From the NCBI GenBank assembly GCA_045631965.1, contig JAZQVR010000008.1:95879-127878 (forward strand): DNA of 32,000 nucleotides, written 5' to 3'. The position numbers were made by a program, and so were the translations under genes. The stretch comes from Acutalibacteraceae bacterium (GTDB lineage Bacteria; Bacillota; Clostridia; Oscillospirales; Acutalibacteraceae). The notes beneath the pieces were generated by a model. It saw nothing but the letters and a program-made list of their open reading frames with translations. It did not search any database and had not been told where the DNA came from. Every line of letters begins with the position of its first letter. The stretch's first letter is position 1. This document shows positions 24,599 through 32,000 of this stretch, in pieces.

Positions 24599-25486
24599 AT
24601 GGAAAACTTAAAAATTGACAAGGAATTTGAAATGCTCATACCGGCACTTACAATTGATGAGTATGAACAGCTGAAAAGCAACATCTTATCTGAAGGTGAA
24701 ATATTCAACCCCATTTTTACTTGGAATGGATATATCATCGACGGACATCACCGCTATCATATTCTGTCTGAACATCCGGCGCTTAAATACAAGATTGTTG
24801 AAAAGGAGTTTTCATCAAGATTTGAAGTGTTGTCGTGGATTTGCAATAATCAGCTCGGCAGAAGAAACCTTACACCCGAAAACAAGAAGTATCTTATAGG
24901 CAAAAGATATGAAGCGGAGAAAATGTCTCATGGTGGTGCAAGACGTGGTGCTGAATTTTCAACTGACCAAAATAGTCTGTTGAAAAACGGATTGACAACA
25001 AGACAAAAGATTGCAAAAGAAACAAAAACCAGCGAGGGATATGTTGCCCGAGCCGAGCGGTTTGCAAAAGGTGTAGACGCAGCAGAAGAAGCTGTTCCGG
25101 GCATTAAAGAAGAAATACTTTCAGGAAAAATAAAGAAGCCTGAAGGTGTAATAGCAGATATTGCAAAAGCTCCTGAGGAAGAAAGAAAATCTCTTACTGC
25201 AAATTTGAGATTGGTACAAAAATATGAAAAGCCTACACCTGCCATGATTCAAACTATAAGATCAATATGTGCAGAAATGAAAGAGTTGGATACAGCCGGC
25301 GATGTTGAAAGCTTTTTAGAAACATTAGAACTGGATGTGGAAAATCATATCGTATCATATAAATTCACTTTTTTTCATAATCCGAAACTTTTGAGTGCTG
25401 AGTATTTTCAAAGAACAATGGCGGTTATGCAAAAAATGATAGACTATATCGCAAGCATCAAGCCCGAGGAGTGTGATGAAACCTGA
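24599..25486 (+). CDS. ParB N-terminal-domain (ParB/sulfiredoxin-like) protein (295 aa)
   Basis: AAAGGAGA lies before the ATG. Carries LIPALTIDEYEQLKSNILSEG...NGYIIDGHHRYHI. Confidence 0.7.
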   Translation: MENLKIDKEFEMLIPALTIDEYEQLKSNILSEGEIFNPIFTWNGYIIDGHHRYHILSEHPALKYKIVEKEFSSRFEVLSWICNNQLGRRNLTPENKKYLIGKRYEAEKMSHGGARRGAEFSTDQNSLLKNGLTTRQKIAKETKTSEGYVARAERFAKGVDAAEEAVPGIKEEILSGKIKKPEGVIADIAKAPEEERKSLTANLRLVQKYEKPTPAMIQTIRSICAEMKELDTAGDVESFLETLELDVENHIVSYKFTFFHNPKLLSAEYFQRTMAVMQKMIDYIASIKPEECDET

Positions 25487-25533
25487 ATATTGATATTGTT
25501 TACGAGGAACCGCAAAGCAAAATCTTCTTCAAA

Positions 25534-25842
25534 ATGCCGAAGGTGCTGTTTACAGACGAATATAAGGATTTATCTGCAGAGGCGAAGCTGCTTTATGGAT
25601 TGATGCTCGACAGAATGCAGTTATCCGCAATAAACGGCTGGTGTGATAAAAATGGTGAGGTCTTTATTTTCTATACTATTGCCGAAACAAGTGAAAAACT
25701 CGGTTGTGGTCATGACAAAGCAACAAGGCTGCAGCGTGAGCTTGAAAAACACAATTTTCTCCGCCGTAAATATCAAGGCAAGGGCAGACCTGCGAAGCTC
25801 TATGTTTTACCTATTCCGAAAACACGCATCAGGTCACCGTAA
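25534..25842 (+). pseudogene. RepA_N-type replication initiator, N-terminal fragment only
   Basis: MPKVLFTDEYKDLSAEAKLLYGLMLDRMQLS...FIFYTIAETSEKLGCGHDKATRLQRELEKHNFL matches the RepA_N pattern. The conserved FFK-PK motif starts upstream of the ATG with no canonical start codon. The ORF stops at 102 aa, whereas from memory full-length members are about three times longer. Family-like residues (NKTE.SKTE) continue in another frame. Confidence 0.6.
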
Positions 25843-26407
25843 AAGTCGCAAGTAATAAGACTGAGTAGAGTAAGACTGAGATATATACCAACCGAGAAGA
25901 AGAAAAATATTCTTTAATTAAGTTAGTAATAACTTTAAGTATATATGGTGTATTGGCTGAATGCGAAAAACTGATGAATACGCATCATTTCTTCTTCGGC
26001 TCGTAAAATACCGAATAGAAATTGATTGAATGATATCGGCATTATTATTGAGATTTCCATTTGAAAAAAGCTAATTTTCAACGGTTTGAACCGAGGAAAG
26101 TTAGCTAAAAACGGCACTTTTGAAAAAACAAATTTTTTCATAGGAATAAAAATCGAAATTTGGCAAATCAGACGATAGAAATTGGCAAAACGAACAGTAC
26201 CCCGTCAGCAAAATTTCCATTAAAAATCGGTGCATTCTGCCCATAGTACTAAGAGCGGAATGCACTCGAAAATGGCTCTGTTGAAAAATATAAATTTTCA
26301 ACTGAATTGAATTTTTATTATTTTTTCACTAATTTCCATTATGGGGCGGTTTTGACAAAAAGAAACTGCCCTCACAAATGTGAGAGCAAGTATAGTTTAG
26401 TTTTTAA

Positions 26408-26860
26408 TCATAATATTTTTGTCTTAAGAACTAAATTGGATGCTTCTTTGTATCCAAGTTTTCCATAGAAATGATTATGCAAATCATCATTTACCGACTG
26501 TAACTGAATGAGCATTGCACCTTCTTTTTTTACACATTCTTCTAACTGTTTCATAAATACTGTTCCGTAACCTTTGTTTTGCAACTGTGAGGCAACAACA
26601 ATTTCAACCAAGTCATACGCAAACCAATCATCATATTGCTCAAAATAGCCAATAGCAAATGCAACGATATCATTTTTGCTTTCCCAAATTAAACAATATG
26701 AATCCTCACGGCTCCAAACCTGATGAATACGTTTATATGTAGTTTCAGTTGTCCATTCAGCATCTTCATGATTGTTATAGTATTCGATATAAAGCGAAGC
26801 AACACTATCAATATCTTTCTCAGCCATTTTTCTGGGTGTGGTTTTCAATTTTCCAAACAT
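26408..26860 (-). CDS. GNAT N-acetyltransferase (150 aa)
   Basis: VVASQLQNKGYGTVFMKQLEE (Q/RxxGxG/A acetyl-CoA motif) and HFYGKLGYKE. Confidence 0.8.
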   Translation of the reverse strand: MFGKLKTTPRKMAEKDIDSVASLYIEYYNNHEDAEWTTETTYKRIHQVWSREDSYCLIWESKNDIVAFAIGYFEQYDDWFAYDLVEIVVASQLQNKGYGTVFMKQLEECVKKEGAMLIQLQSVNDDLHNHFYGKLGYKEASNLVLKTKIL

Positions 26861-26869
26861 AAATAAGCC

Positions 26870-27235
26870 TTACTGTTCATTTTTATAAGCATACCCGAAA
26901 TCTATCGGAGGTAAAGTAACAGAAATATATATGAATTCGGTATCACCATCATTTAACAAACCGTGAATATCATTATCTGCAAATCTGACAACATCACCTG
27001 ATTTAAATTCTAATTCTTTATCATCTGCAAGAAGTAATTTGCCTGTTCCTTGAATAGCATACCAAATCTGCTCTGAAGTATCGTGTTTGTGTCTTGGTTG
27101 ATTTGCTCCGATTTTAATATGAACTTCTGTTATTGTGACTCTTTCGCTCTTTGAATTTTCAGGATTAATAAGCTGTTTTGAAACAACACCGGGATTTGAT
27201 AGTTCTTTTATGTTTTCTCTTTTTATAAACTCCAT
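26870..27235 (-). CDS. Cupin-domain protein (about 121 aa)
   Basis: PRHKHDTSEQIWYAIQGTG...GDVVRFADNDIHGLLN (cupin motifs 1 and 2). The ATG at 27235 is 1 nt after the upstream stop. The track alternative is the GTG at 27247. Confidence 0.75.
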   Translation of the reverse strand: MEFIKRENIKELSNPGVVSKQLINPENSKSERVTITEVHIKIGANQPRHKHDTSEQIWYAIQGTGKLLLADDKELEFKSGDVVRFADNDIHGLLNDGDTEFIYISVTLPPIDFGYAYKNEQ

Positions 27236-27236
27236 A

Positions 27237-27698
27237 TTAAAACTCACATTCCATTATATCGTTTTCTGATTTGAAACCATTTCTTGAATACCAATTAACA
27301 GAATTATCACTCGGCCATACAAAGATTAATTCACAGCCCTTTTCTTTCAGATAATTCTTGATGTATGAAAGTAATTCTGTACCGTAACCTTTGTTTCTAT
27401 ATTCTTTCATTGTATGAACATTGGTAAGGTAAGCAATATATGCCCCACTTGCTTTAGGCTTAGGCACTTTATCAATAATTGCAACATACATTGCAGAAAT
27501 TACAATTCCGTCTTGCTCCAAAACAAAAATTGTATATGTAGAATCATTTTTCAGAAATGTGATGTAATCATCTATGAAACTCTGCTTATCTGCACCAACA
27601 ATATTTGTTTCACCATAGGTTATATCATCTTCTGCAGAATGTTCCCATTTCATTTCTGCTAATTGTAAAAAATCTTTTTCTTTAGCTAATCTAATCAA
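27237..27698 (-). CDS. GNAT N-acetyltransferase (153 aa)
   Basis: TTG start with AAGGGTGA 6 nt upstream. Carries YRNKGYGTELLSYIKNYLKEKG and WYSRNGFK. Confidence 0.8.
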   Translation of the reverse strand: MIRLAKEKDFLQLAEMKWEHSAEDDITYGETNIVGADKQSFIDDYITFLKNDSTYTIFVLEQDGIVISAMYVAIIDKVPKPKASGAYIAYLTNVHTMKEYRNKGYGTELLSYIKNYLKEKGCELIFVWPSDNSVNWYSRNGFKSENDIMECEF

Positions 27699-27717
27699 AG
27701 TGATTCACCCTTAATAA

Positions 27718-28173
27718 TTATATATTTTTTATAAATGTGTAGCCGATTCTCTCAACTCCGTCTGCTGTTGTGCATTTTCCGATTTCCGAAACAGCATATC
27801 CGAATGATTGATAAAGATTTATTGCTGCTATATTATCTTCGGTTGTGTGAATTCCAAGTTGATTAACTGTATTACTTTTTGCAAGATTTTCAATAAAAGA
27901 TAAAATGCATTTTCCAAAACCTTTATGTTGGAATTCGGATTTAACCTGAAGCATACCTAACCAAAGAATATTATCTATAATTTCAATTCTGAACCAAGCA
28001 ACAGGCTCAGTCGTACGAACAATATAATAAATTGAGTTTTTATCTGAGAGAAGTTTCTCCCATCCATTAAAAGTTCTTTGCGCTCCGTGCAGCTTATTAA
28101 TATTCTGATTATATGTTTCATCTATAAAAGGGATGTCTGCTTTAGATGCAATATTGAAAACTATATTATTCAC
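27718..28173 (-). CDS. GNAT N-acetyltransferase (151 aa)
   Basis: FQHKGFGKCILSFIENLAK and NLYQSFGYAV. Confidence 0.8.
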   Translation of the reverse strand: MNNIVFNIASKADIPFIDETYNQNINKLHGAQRTFNGWEKLLSDKNSIYYIVRTTEPVAWFRIEIIDNILWLGMLQVKSEFQHKGFGKCILSFIENLAKSNTVNQLGIHTTEDNIAAINLYQSFGYAVSEIGKCTTADGVERIGYTFIKNI

Positions 28174-28378
28174 AATCCATCATCCCCTCAACAGTAGTTA
28201 TTTTATTATACCACACACTCACCAAACAAATCAACCTGAATACATATCCTCGAATAAACACAAGGATTTTTATCACAAAAAATTTTAATTAAAGGAAGTG
28301 AAAAAATGCTTTAGCAAAATGTAAAAACAACTTTTCAAAACTCAAAAATTAAACTCTTAAGAAAGGAAAAACACATTT

Positions 28379-29233
28379 ATGTCAAATGAAAAAATTGAAT
28401 ATTTGAATCTTGATTTGCTTCATCCGTTTGAGAACAATCCGTTTCAGAGCGTTGATGAAAGTGAATACGATGAGCTTCGTGATAGCGTTAAAGAGTTTGG
28501 AATTATCACTCCGCTTATTGTTAATAAGTCGGGTAACGGTTATGAAATCATTTCCGGACACAGACGATGGCAGATTGCAAAGGAATTAAATCTTAATGTT
28601 GTTCCTGTTTATGTCAGAGAATTTTCAAAAGAAGAAGCGGTAATTAATTTTGTTGACTGTAATCTCAGCCGAGAAAAAATCTTACCGAGTGAAAAGGCAC
28701 GTGCGTATAAAATGAAACACGATGCAATTAAAAAACAAGGCACAAGAACTGATTTAACTTCGTCACAAGTTGGGACGAAGTTCCGCAGCGATGAAAAGCT
28801 CGCAGAAACAATGCCCGATTCCCGAATGCAGATTCAGAGATATATCCGTCTTAATAATTTACAACCTGCTCTTCTTGATATGGTGGATGAAAAAAGAATT
28901 TCTTTTATACCTGCAGTTGAACTTTCATATTTAACAGAAGAGGAACAGCGCAACTTAATTGAAACTATTGAAAGTGAAGACTGCACTCCGTCACTTTCAC
29001 AAGCACAGCGTATGCATAAGTTAAGTGATGAGAAAAAACTCACTATGGATGCTATCTTTGAAATTATGCAGGAACAAAAAGCTAACCAAAAGGAATATGT
29101 AAAAATCCCGGTTGAAACTTTTAAGAAGTATTTCAAGAAAGATATGCCGCCGAAAAAGATGGAAGAAATAACTGAAAAGGCTCTTGCACGGTATGCAATG
29201 GTGCTTCAAAAGCAACGTCAGTGGGAGCGATAA
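28379..29233 (+). CDS. ParB/Spo0J-family protein of a mobile element (284 aa)
   Basis: LDLLHPFENNPFQ...GIITPLIV...YEIISGHRRWQIAKEL (ParB box) followed by HTH-like and helical regions. Confidence 0.8.
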   Translation: MSNEKIEYLNLDLLHPFENNPFQSVDESEYDELRDSVKEFGIITPLIVNKSGNGYEIISGHRRWQIAKELNLNVVPVYVREFSKEEAVINFVDCNLSREKILPSEKARAYKMKHDAIKKQGTRTDLTSSQVGTKFRSDEKLAETMPDSRMQIQRYIRLNNLQPALLDMVDEKRISFIPAVELSYLTEEEQRNLIETIESEDCTPSLSQAQRMHKLSDEKKLTMDAIFEIMQEQKANQKEYVKIPVETFKKYFKKDMPPKKMEEITEKALARYAMVLQKQRQWER

Positions 29234-29261
29234 AAACCGTGGTATCGTCTTTGCTAGCATT

Positions 29262-29281
29262 GGATTTGTTGCAACAAATCC
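29262..29281. repeat. Perfect 20-bp palindrome upstream of mobC (candidate oriT inverted repeat or operator)
   Basis: GGATTTGTTGCAACAAATCC is its own reverse complement. It lies 21-30 nt upstream of the MobC start. Confidence 0.5.
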
Positions 29282-29302
29282 GCTCAGAAGCAGAAGAAAG
29301 GA

Positions 29303-29632
29303 GTGAAACACTTGCCGAGAAAAAGACAACACCGATATGCTTTTTATCTCGATGATGAAGAAAATGAAATGCTTTTAAGTCAAACAAAAGAATATAATGT
29401 CAGCGTTTCAAAGCTCATAAGATTGTTGATTTTGTACCAATGCATAAAATTTCCGCCTAAAGAAATCCGTTCTGTTGTTCCGGAACTTCGCCGTATAGGT
29501 AACAATCTTAACCAGATTGCAAGAGCTTTAAACTCAAAATCTTTTGTAACCGATAAAGAAATCAGAAATGCAATTACAGAATTGCGTAATTGTGAAAAGC
29601 AATTGCTTGAAAATTTTGATACAGGGAGGTGA
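29303..29632 (+). CDS. mobC: MobC-family relaxosome accessory protein (about 106-109 aa)
   Basis: ELRRIGNNLNQIARALN, the MobC signature. The start is the GTG at 29303 or, with better SD spacing (AAAGGAG + 8 nt), the in-frame TTG at 29312. Confidence 0.8.
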   Translation: MKHLPRKRQHRYAFYLDDEENEMLLSQTKEYNVSVSKLIRLLILYQCIKFPPKEIRSVVPELRRIGNNLNQIARALNSKSFVTDKEIRNAITELRNCEKQLLENFDTGR

Positions 29633-29638
29633 AAATTT

Positions 29639-30154
29639 ATAGCAATAACAAAAATTAAAAAGTTAAAAACGGGACTTTCAAAGCTGATTGATTATGCAAT
29701 GAATCCTTCAAAAACTACTGTCGATAAAATTTTTAATGACGGTATGAAGAACGAAGAAGTAGTTTTTGTCAAAGGTATAAACTGCACTCCCGAATTTGTA
29801 AAAGCACAGATGCAGGAAACAAAAGATATGTTTAATAAGAACACAGGTAATGTCGGTTATCATATCATTCAATCATTTGATGATAACGAAGGTACGAATG
29901 AACAGTTTTTTGAAATCGGTTGCAGACTTGCTGAAGAATTATTCGGTGATAAATTTGAAGTCATTGTTGCACTTCATAAAAATACAGACAACCTTCATTG
30001 CCATATTGTAGTGAACAGCGTTTCATTTGTTGACGGTAAAAAGTTTAATGATAACAAATCTTTTCTGAATAAAATGCGGAATGTATCAGACAGGATTTGC
30101 AGAGAACAAGGTTTATCGGTTATTGAAAATCCGAAACCGTCAAAGCATCAATGA
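29639..30154 (+). pseudogene. MobA/VirD2-family relaxase, N-terminal about 170 aa only, with ATA at the position of the usual initiator Met
   Basis: GGGAGG lies 9 nt before ATA-GCA-ATA-ACA-AAA (IAITKIKKLK). From memory, family members start MAITKI. The HxDxxHxH motif is present as HKNTDNLHCHIVVNSV. The ORF ends at 30154, whereas from memory relaxases of this family are several hundred aa longer. The first canonical ATG (29699) lies 20 codons inside the conserved region. Confidence 0.65.
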
Positions 30155-30244
30155 GTAGTTCAAGCAACAGAAAAAGAAACAGCATTATACCAAATTGCTC
30201 CACCTAAGGAAGAAGATGTATACTATGACAATTCGAACATTCAA

Positions 30245-30922
30245 GTGCTTGCATCTGGTTTTAACGTAACAGAAATAATCAGCGAATCTTTTAAGATTAA
30301 AGCACCTTTTGAAGATTGGTTTTATATTCCATTTAATTTTAGGCATAAAGATAGAACTAATATGCTAGAAAAAGAACTAACCCGTTTGTCCAAAAATGAA
30401 TGTGTGGACTTGTATGATTTACAAGATATATGGAAAAGCGGTAGCGATTATATGAGAAGAAGAATACAGGAGGCTTACACCAGAGTTCCCGGATCTTTCA
30501 ACACAAATTCGATGGTTCTTTTTTCAGGAACAAACGAAACACACACACTCCAACATATGGTATTCCCTCATATTTCTGATCCGTGGCACTTTTTCACTTA
30601 TAACACAAAAAATTCCGGATGTTTATACACTGGAGATTATGATGCATCAGGGAAAAAGAAGTTCAATGAGCTTTATGCGGAATATAAAACATATTGGGAA
30701 TATATAGGATGTTTACAGATTCCTCATCATGGTTCAAGATATAATTACAATAGTGCTTTTTCTACACTTGATGCATACCACATAATTTCAGCAAGCAAAA
30801 AGAATAGACACCAGCATCCACACTCATATGTCATCAAAGATTTGTTATTAAACAATTCATATCCATATATTGTTTCCGAAGATGTTGGTAGTGCCGTTTA
30901 TACTGTGGTAGCTTTGAGGTGA
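30245..30922 (+). CDS. C-terminal portion of an MBL-fold (ComEC/Rec2-like beta-lactamase-fold) protein, probably 5'-truncated (225 aa)
   Basis: GCLYTGDYD and LQIPHHGSRYNYNS...ISASKKNRHQHPH match the distal metal-binding motifs of MBL-fold hydrolases. No HxHxDH motif and no SD at the GTG start. It is in the same frame as the relaxase fragment, separated by one TGA and 30 open codons. Confidence 0.5.
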   Translation: MLASGFNVTEIISESFKIKAPFEDWFYIPFNFRHKDRTNMLEKELTRLSKNECVDLYDLQDIWKSGSDYMRRRIQEAYTRVPGSFNTNSMVLFSGTNETHTLQHMVFPHISDPWHFFTYNTKNSGCLYTGDYDASGKKKFNELYAEYKTYWEYIGCLQIPHHGSRYNYNSAFSTLDAYHIISASKKNRHQHPHSYVIKDLLLNNSYPYIVSEDVGSAVYTVVALR

Positions 30923-30951
30923 TTTAATTTTAAAAACAGGAGGTTTTATAT

Positions 30952-31611
30952 ATGAAGGATTATAGAGATAAAGAATTAAAATACTTAATAATAATTCTTG
31001 TCTTACTCTTTGTATTTTTGTGTACACCAATTAAAGAGGTAAACATTACCGATCTAGAGTTTCATAAAACATTAACAACTATTTTTAGCAGTATAGTTGT
31101 ATCAAGTGTCTTATCGTTAGCAACATTTATATGCGACTGTTTGTTGAGTACTAATCTAAAAAACAAACTGGTGGGGCTGTTCTTTATCCCTAAAGCCGGA
31201 GAAACAATCTTTACTCGCCTCAATAAATGTTCTGTCAAAGACGATAGATTTTTAAATTCTGAAGCTAAAACAAAATATAAAGGAATAATATCCAATATAC
31301 CTCAGAATAAAAACGATCGTTACGAGTACGAAAACTCTAATTGGTATAAAATATATAGGAAATATCAAGATAAAGGACAAGTATTGCAAAGCCAAAAGGA
31401 TTATTTAACCTGCAGAGATTTGTTTATAGAAACAATTGTATTTCTTGTATTATATTTTTTGTCATTGATTTTTTACGGTGAATTCGTTACTTTTTCTTTC
31501 AAATTTTTACTTGTTATAATATTAACAGCTGTTGTAACAAACCTTTCAACGCATGTAAAAATGAATCGTTTTGTTAACACGGTAATTGCACTTGATGTTG
31601 CTGAAAAATAA
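30952..31611 (+). CDS. Four-TM membrane protein, unknown function (219 aa)
   Basis: AGGAGG lies 9 nt upstream of the ATG. Four hydrophobic helices (about residues 11-27, 41-64, 150-170 and 174-195) flank a charged loop of about 85 aa. Confidence 0.65.
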   Translation: MKDYRDKELKYLIIILVLLFVFLCTPIKEVNITDLEFHKTLTTIFSSIVVSSVLSLATFICDCLLSTNLKNKLVGLFFIPKAGETIFTRLNKCSVKDDRFLNSEAKTKYKGIISNIPQNKNDRYEYENSNWYKIYRKYQDKGQVLQSQKDYLTCRDLFIETIVFLVLYFLSLIFYGEFVTFSFKFLLVIILTAVVTNLSTHVKMNRFVNTVIALDVAEK

Positions 31612-31633
31612 TTAAATTAATGGAGAATAAAAA

Positions 31634-32000
31634 ATGAGTCAAACCATAACATTTTATCCTCTCGGAAATGCAGAAACATGTTTGTTAGAATTAAATGATG
31701 GGGCTAAGATACTGTTTGATTTTGCACATATGCGTACTGATGCAACTGATGATTTGAGATATGACATAAAAGAAGAATTGTCAAGTATAAAAGAATTTGA
31801 AGTTGTAATGTTTTCGCATGCTCATGAAGATCATGTGAAAGGGGCAAGTGAATTCTTTTATTTAGAACATGCTAAAAAATATCAGTCAGATGAACGTGTT
31901 AATATTAAAGAATTATGGGTATCTGCAGCTTTTTTGTTTGATACAGATTTAGAAAACCAGTCTGATGCAAAAATAATAAGAAACGAAGCTCGGCATCGTT
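31634..32000 (+). CDS. MBL-fold metallo-hydrolase, N-terminal 122 aa (runs off the right edge)
   Basis: Absent from the track because it is edge-truncated. GGAG lies 8 nt before the ATG at 31634. Product MSQTITFYPLGNAETCLLELNDGAKILFDF...VVMFSHAHEDHVKG (HxHxDH). The frame is open to the end of the window. Confidence 0.75.
   Translation, partial: MSQTITFYPLGNAETCLLELNDGAKILFDFAHMRTDATDDLRYDIKEELSSIKEFEVVMFSHAHEDHVKGASEFFYLEHAKKYQSDERVNIKELWVSAAFLFDTDLENQSDAKIIRNEARHR

Noticed and set aside
25935-26301. Two overlapping minus-strand ORFs (68 and 66 aa) in the AT-rich stretch after the RepA_N fragment.
   Set aside because: There is no SD. The Phe/Ile/Lys-rich translations are typical of AT-rich non-coding DNA, and the ORFs overlap each other.
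30120-30901. Apparent 1-nt disagreement between my hand translation of the printed sequence and the track proteins at two line boundaries. At 30120/30121 the print reads tcggt|attgaaaat where the track needs tcggttattgaaaat. At 30900/30901 the print reads gtttat|tactg where the track needs gtttatactg.
   Set aside because: This is most likely my own reading error at line breaks and not biology. I kept the ORF-track coordinates for 29699..30154 and 30245..30922. My own coordinates in this span should be treated as +/-1. The same-frame statement for these two ORFs holds both from the track coordinates and from the contiguous text.
1-32000. CRISPR arrays, rRNA genes, IS transposases and prophage structural genes.
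   Set aside because: No regularly spaced direct repeats, no rRNA-like sequence, and no DDE or serine-recombinase transposase or capsid/tail-like ORFs were found on either strand.

Overview
Low-GC Firmicutes DNA, probably Clostridia/Ruminococcaceae-like, because a dockerin repeat is readable at nt 1-78. No taxon can be proven without a search.

Core-looking part (nt 1 to about 8050):
- a giant secreted surface protein with GLUG-like repeats and a dockerin (minus strand, runs off the left edge, absent from the ORF track)
- a TetM/EF-G-family GTPase
- a MITE-like inverted-repeat element between convergent genes
- a small repeat protein preceded by a long-hairpin leader
- tRNA-Pro(CGG)

From the tRNA onward the window is a patchwork of accessory and decayed mobile modules:
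1. 8.3-12.0 kb, very AT-rich: a three-small-gene operon plus a SIR2-domain + HAD-phosphatase operon. This is the best candidate for an undescribed defence pair.
2. 12.1-18.1 kb: a TnpV + LytTR two-component system + heterodimeric ABC exporter cassette.
3. 18.3-21.7 kb: a tyrosine recombinase next to a 1.8-kb convergent gene pair bracketed by a perfect 25-bp inverted repeat, then a toxin-like ORF.
4. 21.8-24.1 kb: an AraC/GyrI regulator, and an APH-family kinase behind a leader-peptide/terminator attenuator.
5. 24.15-24.47 kb: a promoter-to-terminator unit that looks like a structured ncRNA of about 280 nt.
6. 24.6-30.2 kb: remnants of mobilizable elements (two ParB-like genes, a RepA_N fragment, MobC, a truncated relaxase) and a GNAT/cupin cluster.
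7. 30.2-32.0 kb: an MBL-fold / 4-TM / MBL-fold cluster running off the right edge.

No rRNA or CRISPR array was seen. All family calls come from motifs read by eye. Hand-derived coordinates of non-ORF features are good to about +/-2 nt.
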